Origin: Candidatus Iainarchaeum sp.
Lineage (GTDB): Archaea; Iainarchaeota; Iainarchaeia; Iainarchaeales; CSSED10-239
Direction of reading: 5' to 3'
Assembly: GCA_028700115.1 (NCBI GenBank)
Contig: JAQVTI010000013.1
Location: forward strand, 1 to 26,931
DNA: 26,931 nt
The notes under the pieces were generated by a model. That model was not told where the DNA came from, ran no database searches, and saw only the letters and a list, made by a program, of their open reading frames with translations. Below are positions 26,631 through 26,931 of this stretch, piece by piece; within the stretch, counting starts at the first letter, position 1; each line of letters starts with the position of its first letter. A program made the translations under genes and the position numbers.

Positions 26631-26931
26631 ATGGTTAAAGAAGACAATAGCAAAATTATTGAATTTGTTAAAGAAAAGAGATTTATACCTAAGACCGAAT
26701 TAAAAGAGTATATTATAAAAGAACAAAATTGTAGTGATATTACTGCCAATAGAAAGATAGATGCTCTTATTTCTTTAGGAAAACTAATAAAAATTAATAA
26801 AACTGAATATTCTACATATAACATAACAGAAACAGATAACAGGGTTGTATATATTGGTTTAAAACAAAATAAAGAAATAATAAAATATGTTCAAGACAGA
26901 TTATATGATTTAAAAAAAGAAACATCTCCTT
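26631..26931 (+). CDS. Winged-HTH-like protein, 5' part only (open to the window end); not in the supplied ORF track
   Basis: Hand translation gives MVKEDNSKIIEFVKEKRFIPKTELKEYIIKEQNCSDITANRKIDALISLGKLIKINKTEYSTYNIT.... There are 100 codons with no stop, and an AAGGTAA box lies upstream. It is divergent from the RHH operon. Confidence 0.6.
   Translation, partial: MVKEDNSKIIEFVKEKRFIPKTELKEYIIKEQNCSDITANRKIDALISLGKLIKINKTEYSTYNITETDNRVVYIGLKQNKEIIKYVQDRLYDLKKETSP

Larger units (their letters stand above)
21989..26931. mobile_element. Left part of a putative integrated self-synthesizing element (pPolB-type polymerase, HNH, RHH, wHTH, HEPN-motif gene) abutting the tRNA-Thr 3' end; the right boundary lies outside the window
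   Basis: Gene content changes abruptly at the tRNA from housekeeping and envelope genes to polymerase, nuclease and small DNA-binding genes. The position at a tRNA 3' end is typical of integrative elements. No recombinase or second att/TIR copy is visible, so the extent and class are unknown. Confidence 0.6.

Noticed and set aside
26002-26824. ORFs 26002-26241(+) and 26627-26824(-) inside the element
   Set aside because: 26002-26241 is antisense to the 211-aa operon gene. 26627-26824(-) is antisense to a plus-strand frame that stays open for 100 codons to the window end. That plus-strand frame has an upstream purine-rich box and a wHTH-like sequence, so it is preferred.
21989-26931. Calling the element a casposon or a pipolin outright
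   Set aside because: PolB + HNH + HTH at a tRNA fits both, but the defining genes (Cas1 casposase, or a tyrosine recombinase) and the second terminus are not in the window. Only 'self-synthesizing-type integrated element' is supportable.

Overview
This is a very AT-rich, gene-dense segment that reads like part of a small archaeal (DPANN-like) chromosome. The archaeal assignment is inference from an archaeal/eukaryal-type LeuRS, a Ygr210-type OLA1/YchF GTPase, a CARDB/COG1361-type surface protein, GGTG(A) Shine-Dalgarno boxes and a tRNA without encoded CCA.

Layout:
- 1-~1990 (-): the 5' two-thirds of a 23S rRNA, cut by the window edge, with no 16S gene upstream.
- 2.3-21.7 kb: housekeeping and envelope genes. 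These include the GTPase, a wHTH/PAS-like regulator, a RelA/SpoT-homologue alarmone synthetase directly downstream of leuS, and two paralogous repeat-rich surface proteins. They also include a Bud23-like methyltransferase, a single-gene insertion flanked by 27-bp direct repeats, a GNAT, MscS, and a MacB/FtsX-type ABC cluster with a CARDB-like surface protein.
- 21916-21988 (+): tRNA-Thr(UGU).
- From the tRNA 3' end to the right window edge: what looks like the left part of an integrated self-synthesizing mobile element. It has a tightly coupled minus-strand operon (RHH, 211-aa protein, HNH, phi29-like family B DNA polymerase). It also has an iteron-rich divergent control region, a wHTH gene, and a HEPN-motif gene split at an A7 tract.

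No integrase or Cas1 is visible, so the class of the element (casposon-like, pipolin-like, provirus or plasmid) cannot be decided from this window. That element is the most interesting object here. The archaeal RSH and the 27-bp-repeat-flanked gene cassette come next. No CRISPR array was seen.
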